The translations under genes were made by a program, and so were the position numbers. A DNA stretch of 45,524 nt. It comes from Candidatus Micrarchaeia archaeon (GTDB taxonomy: Archaea > Micrarchaeota > Micrarchaeia > CABMEP01). Shown one piece after another: positions 18,798 to 28,443 of the stretch (positions are counted from its first letter, which is position 1; the number at the start of each line of letters is the position of its first letter). The DNA lies in assembly GCA_038874185.1 (NCBI GenBank), contig JAVZCX010000002.1, forward strand, positions 1-45,524. The letters are read 5' to 3'. Below the pieces are notes generated by a model. It was not told the origin of the DNA. It saw only the letters and a list, made by a program, of their open reading frames with translations, and did no database searches.

Positions 18798-20324
18798 TTA
18801 GTCAAACCTATTTATATAAGGAATTGATCTTAAAATCTTTTCTGGAACCAGAGCGATGATGATTTTCCTTACAAAATCCAACACCCTGAATCCGAAAATG
18901 CTTGCTGTGATTAAATAAATTCCTATTCCTAAGAATATAAATAGGAATAGTAATAAAAAGGAAGAGGATGGATCAATATATGCTCTCATTAATAGGAGAG
19001 CGGCTGCCATTATAAGAGAAGACAATAATGGAATTCTTATGGGAAATGTGAATCTAACTTTGAGGATCTTTTCGCTCCATTTTATCATGATAATCAATCC
19101 TAATGCTCTAGAGATTACAGAAGCGATTGCAGCACCTATTATCCCTAAGATTGGAATGAAAACAACGTTCAAAATTATATTGGCTAAAGATGCAAACACT
19201 GCGCATGTCCCTATCTGTTTCGTCAATTTCTTTGCACCTAAATATGAATTCACCATTCCGGTTGTAACTCCATCAAAAATGAAATATGAAAGCATCATCA
19301 ATGGCAACGCAGCTTCGATATATTGGATTCCGAAGAATACATTTACTATTGCATCGGAAAGAAGTGCGAGACCGATAACCGCAGGCAGTGAGATGAATAG
19401 AAGATACTTTATAACCTTATTCAAATTTTCAAATGAATCCCTTCCTGCAGATTCAGCTGAAGTGAAATATGGAAATGTCACCTTGCTTATCCCACTAAGA
19501 AGTGAAGAGCTGGAAGAGGCTATTGAAACTGCGATTCGATAGATACCTACGGCAGTTGTACCTAGAAAGAATCCTATCATTATCGAATCCGTCCACATTG
19601 TAAACGTCGCTGCTATTGAAGTTATCCCATAAAAGAACCCAAATGAAAACATGTCCTGTAATGAATCCTCGCTCTTACCTGAGAATGAAATTACATTTCT
19701 TAGAATATATGACTGAATAAAAGTTGCTATCGCAACAGATACTATATATCCTGTTATTGCTCCATCCACACCAAACCCTAAGATAACAAGTCCTGCGGAC
19801 AATATTAATCTTAATAGTTGATTAATTGTAGAAACTATCGACTCCTCCTTGAACTTCTTGATTCCGTCAAGAATTCCTGAAAATACGGAAAAAAGATTGT
19901 AGAATATGAAATAGATAGAACCTGCTACGAAGAATTTGCCTCCATTTTCAATGTTGAAAAACAATGCCAAATTATCTGAATACACCAGCATTAGGATTGC
20001 GATTAAAAATATTATGCCTAATTTCCATTTTATCGGAGCGGCTAATTTAGACCTAAGCTCGGATGGGCGTCTATCATATTTTGAAGAAGTATAGACTATG
20101 TAATAATTAAGGCCCATCTCTGAAAGAGAAGACAAGAAAGATACTACAGCGATTATTGTGGATAATATACCCCAGTTTTCTTTATCTAAAAGCCTAGCTA
20201 GTATAACTGTTGACACTAAACCTAAGAATAATATGAGAAATACGCCGGAATAAGCCCAGAATGAGGATTTGATCATATCATCTATTGATCTTTTTTTATC
20301 TGATTGCTTCAATGAAAAACCCAT
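18798..20324 (-). CDS. Polysaccharide/oligosaccharide flippase (Wzx/MOP superfamily)
   Basis: 508 aa with about 12-14 TM helices and the typical polysaccharide-biosynthesis-protein layout. It sits next to uppS. Confidence 0.7.
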   Translation of the reverse strand: MGFSLKQSDKKRSIDDMIKSSFWAYSGVFLILFLGLVSTVILARLLDKENWGILSTIIAVVSFLSSLSEMGLNYYIVYTSSKYDRRPSELRSKLAAPIKWKLGIIFLIAILMLVYSDNLALFFNIENGGKFFVAGSIYFIFYNLFSVFSGILDGIKKFKEESIVSTINQLLRLILSAGLVILGFGVDGAITGYIVSVAIATFIQSYILRNVISFSGKSEDSLQDMFSFGFFYGITSIAATFTMWTDSIMIGFFLGTTAVGIYRIAVSIASSSSSLLSGISKVTFPYFTSAESAGRDSFENLNKVIKYLLFISLPAVIGLALLSDAIVNVFFGIQYIEAALPLMMLSYFIFDGVTTGMVNSYLGAKKLTKQIGTCAVFASLANIILNVVFIPILGIIGAAIASVISRALGLIIMIKWSEKILKVRFTFPIRIPLLSSLIMAAALLLMRAYIDPSSSFLLLFLFIFLGIGIYLITASIFGFRVLDFVRKIIIALVPEKILRSIPYINRFD

Positions 20325-20375
20325 AAATAATTTTATACAGAAAGTAATAAAAGTCTAAATTAATTAATAGCAAGG

Positions 20376-21023
20376 TCAGAACCTGAGAAAAATGAAACCG
20401 AGGATTCCTGCAACTAAAGTACATATAAAGTTTGAGGTGCTTTTAGTTCCTAATCCCTTTTCTTCAAATACACCTGCAATTGAATCTGCTAGACTTCCGA
20501 GAAATCCGAAGAATCCAATCAATAATATGTTCAATGGGTGGAATGAATAAACAAAATAAGCTACAACGCCTATTATCAATGCGCCGATGAAAGAAAGATA
20601 AGTGCCTAAGATTGAAATAGCACCTGAAGTGCCCTGTCTGACAGGTTTTAGAGTTCCCAAAGACAACGGGTTTGGAGACAGCACTCCAAGTTCAGAGCCA
20701 AATTTATCTGCCATTGCGCCCGCAAACGCAGATACGTAAGATAATATCCAGATTGGATCATTTGTCATGTAGTAAAAACCGCATGAAATCAATGGAAAAA
20801 GCGAATTTGAAAGTACGTTCTGCCAACTTCTTTCGTGTTCATAAACTCCTTTCTCTTTCTTTTCTTCATACATATACTTAGTTATTCCGACGCCAATGAT
20901 TAGAAAGGTTAATGCTATCGCTAGATTTTGAAACGCATAGCTACCAGAAAGAACGTAAACTAAGAACGCTGCGAATAATACTGAAAATATACCTATTGCG
21001 TCAAGCAACAATAATCTCATCAA
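20376..21023 (-). CDS. DUF92/TMEM19-family integral membrane protein
   Basis: 215 aa, multi-TM, with family-like strings ADKFGSELG and GTSGAISILGT. Confidence 0.6.
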   Translation of the reverse strand: MMRLLLLDAIGIFSVLFAAFLVYVLSGSYAFQNLAIALTFLIIGVGITKYMYEEKKEKGVYEHERSWQNVLSNSLFPLISCGFYYMTNDPIWILSYVSAFAGAMADKFGSELGVLSPNPLSLGTLKPVRQGTSGAISILGTYLSFIGALIIGVVAYFVYSFHPLNILLIGFFGFLGSLADSIAGVFEEKGLGTKSTSNFICTLVAGILGFIFLRF

Positions 21024-21075
21024 ACCACAAGATGTATTAATATAATCTAAGGAATATCATAATAACATTTACTTT

Positions 21076-22092
21076 TTATTTGCTTTTGCCGATGCCTTCT
21101 ATTGAAATGATTTTGCCTTCTATGTTAAACTGTTTTCCAGTAAACAAAGGTATTATCTCCATGCACGATCGCATGTGGCCAGTTATTTTGTTAACTTTTA
21201 TCTTTGATTCTCCACAAGCCAAAGCCATGTATATTAGAATTTGATCTCCCATCCATTGGTCTACCGCCCCTTTGGATTTCACAAGCTTGTTTAATTCTTC
21301 TGCACACGTCTTTGCTATTTTTTCAGCCTTTATTCCTTTCTCACCCAATATGCCAGAACCGATAATTGTGTTTTCATATTCCGCCCACGTGGTTATTGCA
21401 TTACCTGCTGAAGCCGAATTCCTGTTCCTCTTAGTTAGTATTATACCTGGAAATATGCTCCTTATGCTTTGTTCTTCTCTTTCCATAATCTCGTCTGGAA
21501 GATTTGACTGAGAAATTACTCCGTTTATGGATTTTAGATTTAATTTTTCAGTTATAGAGATTGGAGAAATAATGGAAGGCTTGACAAACAGGGTTACTTT
21601 CCCCTGGCCTTTTGGATACCAGCCGAATTCTTCTACCAATATTTCTGCATTTACACCCATCTTTCGAATCATAGGTAAGAATATATTTTCGAAATAATCA
21701 GTCGATGGCGAATGAGATACATGAGTTCCTCCTGTCATATTTATCTTGGAAGGTCTGTCTGCATAAAGCATCACTGGAAGAACAGATTGCATTAACAAAG
21801 GAATCGATCCTGCAGTTCCTATGTCAAATTCATAGTATCCTCCAATTATTCTATTTGGCTTGAAAAAAAGATCTGTAGATCCTACTTTGTTTCCATCTAC
21901 TTCTGCTTTTGTAATCAATGAAAGTGAATTTGTGGATGTTAGGTGCTGAGGTTGTAGTCCTGGCTTTGGCCGCTTCGCTCTTATGTTTTTAATATTGAAC
22001 GGAATCCCTGTAATACAAGAAAGTGCTAATGCAGTTCTTAAAATCTGCCCACCGCCTTCTCCTTTAGAGCCGTCTATTACAATTGGATCCAT
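21076..22092 (-). CDS. rtcA: RNA 3'-terminal phosphate cyclase
   Basis: MDPIVIDGSKGEGGGQILRTALALSCITG is the canonical RtcA N-terminus. I therefore place the start at the ATG at 22092, giving 339 aa. The ORF-track extension to 22308 is hydrophobic and non-homologous. Confidence 0.85.
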   Translation of the reverse strand: MDPIVIDGSKGEGGGQILRTALALSCITGIPFNIKNIRAKRPKPGLQPQHLTSTNSLSLITKAEVDGNKVGSTDLFFKPNRIIGGYYEFDIGTAGSIPLLMQSVLPVMLYADRPSKINMTGGTHVSHSPSTDYFENIFLPMIRKMGVNAEILVEEFGWYPKGQGKVTLFVKPSIISPISITEKLNLKSINGVISQSNLPDEIMEREEQSIRSIFPGIILTKRNRNSASAGNAITTWAEYENTIIGSGILGEKGIKAEKIAKTCAEELNKLVKSKGAVDQWMGDQILIYMALACGESKIKVNKITGHMRSCMEIIPLFTGKQFNIEGKIISIEGIGKSK

Positions 22093-22389
22093 ATAATCCA
22101 CCTTTAGTGAAAAGAAAGAGGCCAGTGCATTCGCACTGGCGAGGCGACCAATTTGAGGCAGATGTACAAAATTCGATGTACCCTCTATTAGTATAATATC
22201 TAAAAGATTTATAAATCTTACTAAAATCATTATTTTTATATAAAAAGTTTTCCTTTTAACTAGGCTTCCTATACTTCCACTAAAAATTAAAAATAAGAAT
22301 AAATTCATTTAACCCTTTCTTCAAGTATTTATGCTCTTTACGTTTGAAATGTTTTAATAGCTTTATACAATAATCTATCTGGGGATTAT

Positions 22390-23559
22390 GTGAACATGAA
22401 TAGTTTATCACATCTTTCCAAAAAGAAAGGGTCTGGTGGAAAAAGAATAAACGAACCTGAAGGTTTTATAGTAGAAGAAATTTTTAATGGAGAGAACGTA
22501 ACGGAGTTAAATCTAGAAAACGTTGACAATTCAGAATACATCACATTTGTACTTGAAAAGAAGAACCTCACAACTTACGATGCGATTCGTTTTTTATCTG
22601 ACTCTCTCAAAGTGGATGTTAAAAGGTTCAGCATTGCAGGACAGAAAGACAAGAATGCGATTACATATCAATTGGTTTCTTGCTGGAAAGGTAGAGAGAT
22701 AAGCTCTGAAAAGCTAATGGAAATAAGCAAAAAGAACCATAATATAAAGATAGCGAGGATTTGGAATACGAACTTTAAAGTAAGAATAGGCACGTTGACT
22801 GGGAATAGCTTTACAATTAGATTAACTGAAGTAGAGGACATTGGCGCTGTTGAGAGAATAATGCAAGAGAATGGAGATATCATACCGAATTATTTCGGAC
22901 CTCAGAGGTTTGGGACCAGATCTACTAATGTTGATGTAGCCAGATGCATACTGTTGAAAGATTATGAAAGCGCAATCAAGTACTTACTTAAGATTCCGGA
23001 AAATGAAAGCATCAGCGAATGCCAAGAAGCTAATGAACTTGGATTGTACGAAAAAAGAATTTCTAATTTCTTGAAGGAAAGAGGTTACGATTCTGATTCA
23101 TTCAGAAATGCAATTAAGATGATACCTGCTTCGATCCTTAAATTAATACTAGACTCTTATCAATCTTATCTTTTTAATGTTGAATTAAGTTTTAGAATTA
23201 AAAATAAACTGATGGAACCTCTTGAAAATGATAAAACATGTGGTTTTAACAGATATGGTTTTGTTGATTTAGATTCTTCTGGAAATCAGATCGTCTGCAG
23301 CCAGTTAATCGGGTATGATAGCAGACCTAATGATGTAATAAAAGACATTTTATGGGAAGAGGGAATTGAAATTGGTGATTTCAAACTGCGCGAATTCCCT
23401 GGTTTGAATCTAAATGGGTCGTGGCGTCCATTATTTGTAAATGTAAAGGATTTAAATATTAAGAAAGATAATGATGAATACGAATTAAAATTCAAACTGA
23501 CTAAAGGTGCATATGCAACTAGCTTCTTAAGAGAAATCACAGACATAAAAAGGATATAA
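22390..23559 (+). CDS. truD: tRNA pseudouridine synthase D (TruD/Pus7)
   Basis: 389 aa with AGQKDKNAIT and NYFGPQRFG motifs and the insertion-domain layout typical of TruD. Confidence 0.85.
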   Translation: MNMNSLSHLSKKKGSGGKRINEPEGFIVEEIFNGENVTELNLENVDNSEYITFVLEKKNLTTYDAIRFLSDSLKVDVKRFSIAGQKDKNAITYQLVSCWKGREISSEKLMEISKKNHNIKIARIWNTNFKVRIGTLTGNSFTIRLTEVEDIGAVERIMQENGDIIPNYFGPQRFGTRSTNVDVARCILLKDYESAIKYLLKIPENESISECQEANELGLYEKRISNFLKERGYDSDSFRNAIKMIPASILKLILDSYQSYLFNVELSFRIKNKLMEPLENDKTCGFNRYGFVDLDSSGNQIVCSQLIGYDSRPNDVIKDILWEEGIEIGDFKLREFPGLNLNGSWRPLFVNVKDLNIKKDNDEYELKFKLTKGAYATSFLREITDIKRI

Positions 23560-23572
23560 TGAGTGGATTGAG

Positions 23573-24754
23573 ATGAATCTTGAATTCAGTAGGTTGATTG
23601 AATATATGATGATGTTCTTAGTGCTTTTTTTCAGCACTACTATGCTTTTAATATATCTAAAAAACAGAGAAAAGGTCAGAAAAACTGCGAAAAGAACAGA
23701 CTATGAACCTACTGTAAGTTTCATAATACCTGCCTACAATGAAGAGGAAACTATTGTTGAAACTATAAATTCTGTTCTTAAATCAGATTATCCGAAAAAT
23801 AAGTTAGAAATCATTGTTGTTAATGATGGGTCAAGCGATGGAACCGCTGACGTTGTTAGGTCTATTAAAGATAAAAGGGTTAAGCTAATAAATAAAAAAA
23901 ATAGCGGAAAGGCAGATTCGCTTAATAGAGGAATAAAGGAAGCTAAAGGAGAAATAATTGTTACTTTAGATGCAGATTCATACATTGAAAAAAATAGTTT
24001 AAGAAAAATGATCTCTTACTTTAAAGACGATGTAGCTGCTGTGACCTCGGCTGTGAAGGTAAGAGAAAGAGAAAATATGACATTTCTTGAAAAGCTACAG
24101 AGACTGGAATATTTATTCACCATATTCAATAGAAGACTTTTTGCAATGATAAATGGAGTTTATGTGACGCCTGGTCCTTTTAGCGCGTTTAGAAGAGAGA
24201 TATTTGATATTGTTGGTGGATTTGATCCTAACAATATAATGGAAGACCAAGAAATCGCACTCAGAATACAGGCTGCCAATTATAAAATAGAGAGCTGCAT
24301 GGATGCTGTTGTATATACTGATGTCCCTAAAGATTTCTCTTCATTCATGAAGCAGAGGGAAAGGTGGCACAGGGGCGGCTTTAGAAATGTGATGAAATAT
24401 GCTTATACAATAAACCCAAAGTACGGAGATTTTGGGATGTTTGTCATGCTTTACAGCATACTTTCAATTGTTCTATTGGTTGTTGTTTCGTTTGCAGTGG
24501 CTACTGCAGTATCGAAAGGAAATTTTTTAGTTTTGGACAAATTGTTGCTTACTATAGAACCAATCCACATATTATCAGCCGTAGTATTGATCATTACATT
24601 AGCATGGACTGTAATAGCATTGAAGGAAATGAAGGAAAATAGAATAAAGAAAAGGTATCTGTTTGTTTACACCATATTATACTGTTATCTAATCACCTTA
24701 TTCATGTTTATTGCTATATTTAAAGAGTTGAAAGGGGAAAAACAAAGATGGTGA
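23573..24754 (+). CDS. Family 2 glycosyltransferase, processive beta-glycan synthase-like
   Basis: IIPAYNEE, VVNDGSSDGT, TLDADS (DxD) and QRERWHRGG (QxxRW), plus an N-terminal TM and C-terminal TM helices. Confidence 0.85.
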   Translation: MNLEFSRLIEYMMMFLVLFFSTTMLLIYLKNREKVRKTAKRTDYEPTVSFIIPAYNEEETIVETINSVLKSDYPKNKLEIIVVNDGSSDGTADVVRSIKDKRVKLINKKNSGKADSLNRGIKEAKGEIIVTLDADSYIEKNSLRKMISYFKDDVAAVTSAVKVRERENMTFLEKLQRLEYLFTIFNRRLFAMINGVYVTPGPFSAFRREIFDIVGGFDPNNIMEDQEIALRIQAANYKIESCMDAVVYTDVPKDFSSFMKQRERWHRGGFRNVMKYAYTINPKYGDFGMFVMLYSILSIVLLVVVSFAVATAVSKGNFLVLDKLLLTIEPIHILSAVVLIITLAWTVIALKEMKENRIKKRYLFVYTILYCYLITLFMFIAIFKELKGEKQRW

Positions 24755-24758
24755 GTGT

Positions 24759-25403
24759 ATGGCTCTTAAAAAATTGGAAAGAAAGATTAGCTGGGATTTG
24801 TATATAACTGCGTTTGTTATATCGTTGATAATATTTATTATTGGAGTATGGTTTGGACTCCAGATAGAAAAAACAGTTTATGGACAAATGAATGAAAAGA
24901 TAGTAGAACTTAGTAATAGAATGATTGCAATAGGAAATTTATTGCTTTTAGAGAATGAAAAGGGATACTGTGAGTACATTAAAAGCGAAACTGCTAAATT
25001 CGATGATGAAACTTATGAACTTGGAAAGCAGATAGAATTTATGGAAGAGAAAAGAGGAGTTGATGAAAGCGTTAAGTTGAATTACATGGAACTAGAATTC
25101 AGAGACTATTTATTATCTAAAAAGGTTAACACAATGTGTGGAGAAAAGCAAAATTTAATTCTATACTTTGTTGATAGTGAAATGTGCCAGACATGTAAGG
25201 AGCAAGGAAGCATTATAACATCTGTAAGAATGAAAACAAATACTAAAGTATACACTTTTGACCTTTCAGTAAATTCAACTTTGGTGGACGCGTTGAAAAA
25301 TAGATATGGAATTGCAAATCAGTCAATCCCTGTAATTGTAATAAATGACGATGTTAACTTTGGATTTATGGATGAAAGCGCGTTGATTTCTAAATTGCAT
25401 TGA
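24759..25403 (+). CDS. Membrane-anchored thioredoxin-fold-like protein (CxxC)
   Basis: 214 aa with one N-terminal TM (ITAFVISLIIFIIGVWFGL). A CQTC motif sits in YFVDSEMCQTCKEQG, with a cis-Pro-like IPVIVIN downstream. Confidence 0.5.
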   Translation: MALKKLERKISWDLYITAFVISLIIFIIGVWFGLQIEKTVYGQMNEKIVELSNRMIAIGNLLLLENEKGYCEYIKSETAKFDDETYELGKQIEFMEEKRGVDESVKLNYMELEFRDYLLSKKVNTMCGEKQNLILYFVDSEMCQTCKEQGSIITSVRMKTNTKVYTFDLSVNSTLVDALKNRYGIANQSIPVIVINDDVNFGFMDESALISKLH

Positions 25404-25459
25404 CATTTTTTAGTGGATATAAGTATTTCAAATATCAGAATAATTGGAAGTGATACAAA

Positions 25460-25768
25460 ATGGCTGGAAAGGTATTGATAAATGTCATAGAGCGAAATAA
25501 AAATGTTGTAATTGCTATATGCGACAAGTCGCTTTTAGGAAAGAAATATGTTGAAGGGGAATTATGCCTTGACTTAATAAAATACAAAAAGTTTTACCAG
25601 GGCGAATTTGCAGAAAATGTTAAAGAATTGGATGAAAAACTCAAGGTTGCTTCTTCTATAAATGTAATTGGAAAAGAGTCGCTTAAACTTATTGAAAATA
25701 AAGGTTTCGATATAAAAAATTGCAAATATATTGGGAAAATACCTCATTTGCAGATATATAGATTGTAA
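25460..25768 (+). CDS. DUF424 family protein
   Basis: 102 aa. VVIAICDKSLLGKKY, FYQGE and GKIPHLQIY match my recollection of archaeal DUF424/COG2412. Confidence 0.6.
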   Translation: MAGKVLINVIERNKNVVIAICDKSLLGKKYVEGELCLDLIKYKKFYQGEFAENVKELDEKLKVASSINVIGKESLKLIENKGFDIKNCKYIGKIPHLQIYRL

Positions 25769-25816
25769 TATATGCTTCATTAATTCTGTAATGATTCCTT
25801 TATTATATGGGCAATC

Positions 25817-26980
25817 CTATTTTGTTGCTGATATTATCCTTATTACATCTCCATTATTTAGTACGTGGTCCTTTCCAATTCTTATTTTTTTCTTCACATC
25901 TATCGCATAAATAAAGTTTTTAGCAAGATCTGAATGTATTTTTCCTGCAAATTGAAGAGCTGTTGTCCCTTTTTTAACTAGTATCGCATCTGGGAGTACG
26001 TTACCGAAATTGTCTGTAAATTTGTGTTCATCGCTTACTGGATAAACAACTATCAGCCCTAGAAAATCGAAAACTGCCTTATCTATCACTTCCTGAACTC
26101 CTGTTCCGTTATTGGAATATATAATCTTCCTTATCTTTTCCAGGGCTTGTTTCTGTTGCTCATTTGCATTTATTATCTCAAAATCTTTTTCGCCAGGATT
26201 GTACTTTATGATGCTGTTTTTAGCTGCTTTTCTTAATGCAAGCTCCCCATCTGCGTAAGTTGGAATTATAATCCGATCTGGAAATCTTTCCTTCATTTTC
26301 ATATAGTTATCTTTAGCACCAGGTATGTCTATCTTGTTTGCTGCGATTACTACAGGCATTACTTCTTTCTTTATTTCTCTACAGAACTCCAAGATTTGAT
26401 TATCACTCCAATTTATCCGATCCAACGCAAGGTTGAGTTTTTTTGCGACTTTTTCTATCTCGGATTCCGATATATTCAGGCCAGTTAGTATCTCGTGGAC
26501 TGCTTTAATATCCCTTCCTTTGATTTTACTCCAGCCTCTCTTAAGAATGCTGTCTATCCAATAAATCAACTCTTCTTCAAGAAATACCACTTCTTCAGCA
26601 GGATCATAATTTTCAGTAGGGTTGCCTTCTGCATCTGTTTTTCCACTTGCATCAACTACTTGGATGAGAACGTCTGCAGACCTGACATCGTCTAAGAATC
26701 TGTTTCCGAGTCCTTTTCCTTCATGCGCGCCGGGCACCAGTCCTGCTATGTCCAAAAGATTTATTGGAACATATCTCTTGCCGTTTTCGCATTTGCCGTT
26801 TTTTGGATTGCAATGAACCCCCAGCTCTTTACAAGGGCAATCGACCTTAACGTAAGTTACGCCTTTGTTTGGATCTATTGTTGTAAAAGGGCGCGGACTT
26901 ATAGGTACGTCCACTATTGTTGCTGCAGAAAAGAAAGTCGACTTGCCGCTAGATGGTTTGCCGGTTATTCCTATTAACAT
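25817..26980 (-). CDS. Obg-family P-loop GTPase/ATPase with C-terminal TGS domain (YchF/DRG-like)
   Basis: G1 GKPSSGKST, G2 FTTIDPN, G3 DIAGLV and NKID. The C-terminal TGS-like segment is GTTALQFAGKIHSDL...GDVIRI. Confidence 0.82.
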   Translation of the reverse strand: MLIGITGKPSSGKSTFFSAATIVDVPISPRPFTTIDPNKGVTYVKVDCPCKELGVHCNPKNGKCENGKRYVPINLLDIAGLVPGAHEGKGLGNRFLDDVRSADVLIQVVDASGKTDAEGNPTENYDPAEEVVFLEEELIYWIDSILKRGWSKIKGRDIKAVHEILTGLNISESEIEKVAKKLNLALDRINWSDNQILEFCREIKKEVMPVVIAANKIDIPGAKDNYMKMKERFPDRIIIPTYADGELALRKAAKNSIIKYNPGEKDFEIINANEQQKQALEKIRKIIYSNNGTGVQEVIDKAVFDFLGLIVVYPVSDEHKFTDNFGNVLPDAILVKKGTTALQFAGKIHSDLAKNFIYAIDVKKKIRIGKDHVLNNGDVIRIISATK

Positions 26981-27122
26981 TCTATCTCCTTTTAATCTTT
27001 TATAATATGCTGATTACGGTTACTGAAAAGAAATAAAAACATACTCTTACATATATTAGCAAAGATGTGTCTACATTTCCGTCAGATATATCTATGTAAT
27101 TAAATATAAAAATGGTGATGTA

Positions 27123-27650
27123 ATGGATCTTAGCTTTTCGATAATTGTGTTTCTTCTCCAGATATTTATAGGAATATTGTTCGCGATATTGTCTGTTTAC
27201 CTTGGGCTTAGATTCTATGACAAAATGACAAAAGGAATAGATGAAATAAAGGAATTAAAGAAAGGAAATGTCGCTGTAGCAATAATTCTTGCTGCTTTAA
27301 TTTTATCTATTGGTAACATTGTCCAGCAAGGGGTGGCCCAGTTCGACAACGTCCTTCTTCGTGGAGTTTCTATTCCTTTATTCATAATATCGTTTATAAT
27401 GGCAATGTTTCAACTGGCGGTTGTTGTTTTGATTGCAGTATTGTCAATATATGTTGCAATACGTGTCTTAGATTCCATGACTGTAGGTATAGATGAGTTG
27501 GCTGAAATAAAGAAAGGGAATATAGCGGTTGCAGTAATTGTGGCGGCAGTTATTTATCTTGTATCTGTTGTTGTTTCTGGAGCGATAGCAGATATAAATA
27601 ATCTTTCCATATTCAAACCAGAAATAGTGGCAAGCATGCTTGGTTTATAA
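27123..27650 (+). CDS. DUF350 membrane protein (two tandem DUF350 repeats)
   Basis: An internal duplication is visible: IDEIKELKKGNVAVAIILAALILS versus IDELAEIKKGNIAVAVIVAAVIYL. Confidence 0.65.
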   Translation: MDLSFSIIVFLLQIFIGILFAILSVYLGLRFYDKMTKGIDEIKELKKGNVAVAIILAALILSIGNIVQQGVAQFDNVLLRGVSIPLFIISFIMAMFQLAVVVLIAVLSIYVAIRVLDSMTVGIDELAEIKKGNIAVAVIVAAVIYLVSVVVSGAIADINNLSIFKPEIVASMLGL

Positions 27651-27655
27651 AAGAA

Positions 27656-28099
27656 CTACGAATTAGAGATAATTATTTTTCCTTTTTTGGATTCTATTTT
27701 TATATTTCCGTTTTTGATAGTTATAATTCCTTGATCTATATCTACATTGCATTTAGAAACGAATGACTTATTTATGTTTGTAGAAGCTAATATCAATTCT
27801 CTACCATTTAAAGATAAATTTGTCTCTTCAGGAAAATTAAGAGAAAGAATGCGTTCATTTCCTTCACCGAGAATACATATTGAATTTATTGAATTTTCAA
27901 TATCGTCCAAATATTTTGAAAGAAGTATTTCATTTATATCCTTCTGAACTCTATCTTTCATTTTTAGAAAATTCACAAAAAACAAAGAAAGAATTGATAA
28001 AAAAATAGCAAAGATCAGTAAAAACTCTATTGAAAGCTGACCTTTTCTGCCTTTGATATAACTAAGTGCAAAAAGATAAATTCTGCAATCATCTGACAT
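27656..28099 (-). CDS. Archaeal type IV pilin-like protein (class III signal peptide)
   Basis: RKGQLSIEFLLIFAIFLSILSLFFV has a KG/Q prepilin-peptidase site followed by a hydrophobic helix. The true start may be internal, because the annotated leader is unusually long. Confidence 0.7.
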   Translation of the reverse strand: MSDDCRIYLFALSYIKGRKGQLSIEFLLIFAIFLSILSLFFVNFLKMKDRVQKDINEILLSKYLDDIENSINSICILGEGNERILSLNFPEETNLSLNGRELILASTNINKSFVSKCNVDIDQGIITIKNGNIKIESKKGKIIISNS

Positions 28100-28111
28100 G
28101 AGATCAGCAGT

Positions 28112-28354
28112 CTATAGTAGAAAATTGAACTCTAAATTAGTTTTTACATATGGGGCGGTTGTACCTGAAGATCCTTCTGTGGTTTTTTCTATCTGGCCAT
28201 AAATCTTCTCTGATGTATTCTGTATAGAACCAGATGCCTTTTCAGCAGATTCCCTCATTTTTGATGCAACTAAAAAAACCACTCCCAGCAGTATTGCAAG
28301 TATTATGATCAACTCTATTGAAAGCTGACCTTTTCTGCATTTGTGTTTTGCCAT
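28112..28354 (-). CDS. Archaeal type IV pilin-like protein (class III signal peptide), small
   Basis: MAKHKCRKGQLSIELIIILAILLGVVFLV has a short basic leader, a KGQ cleavage site, Glu at +5 and a hydrophobic helix. Confidence 0.75.
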   Translation of the reverse strand: MAKHKCRKGQLSIELIIILAILLGVVFLVASKMRESAEKASGSIQNTSEKIYGQIEKTTEGSSGTTAPYVKTNLEFNFLL

Positions 28355-28443
28355 ATTGATATAATAGAAACATTATTTTTAAATCTTGCTTTAAAGCATA
28401 ATTGAATTAAAAAGAGTAAAAAGAAAGCTGTGATTGGAAGTTT

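Noticed and set aside
22093-22308. 72-aa N-terminal extension of the RtcA ORF
   Set aside because: RtcA homologues begin at the M..IDGS.GEGGGQILR segment, and an ATG sits exactly there (22092). The extension is hydrophobic, low-complexity and overlaps the divergent truD promoter region.
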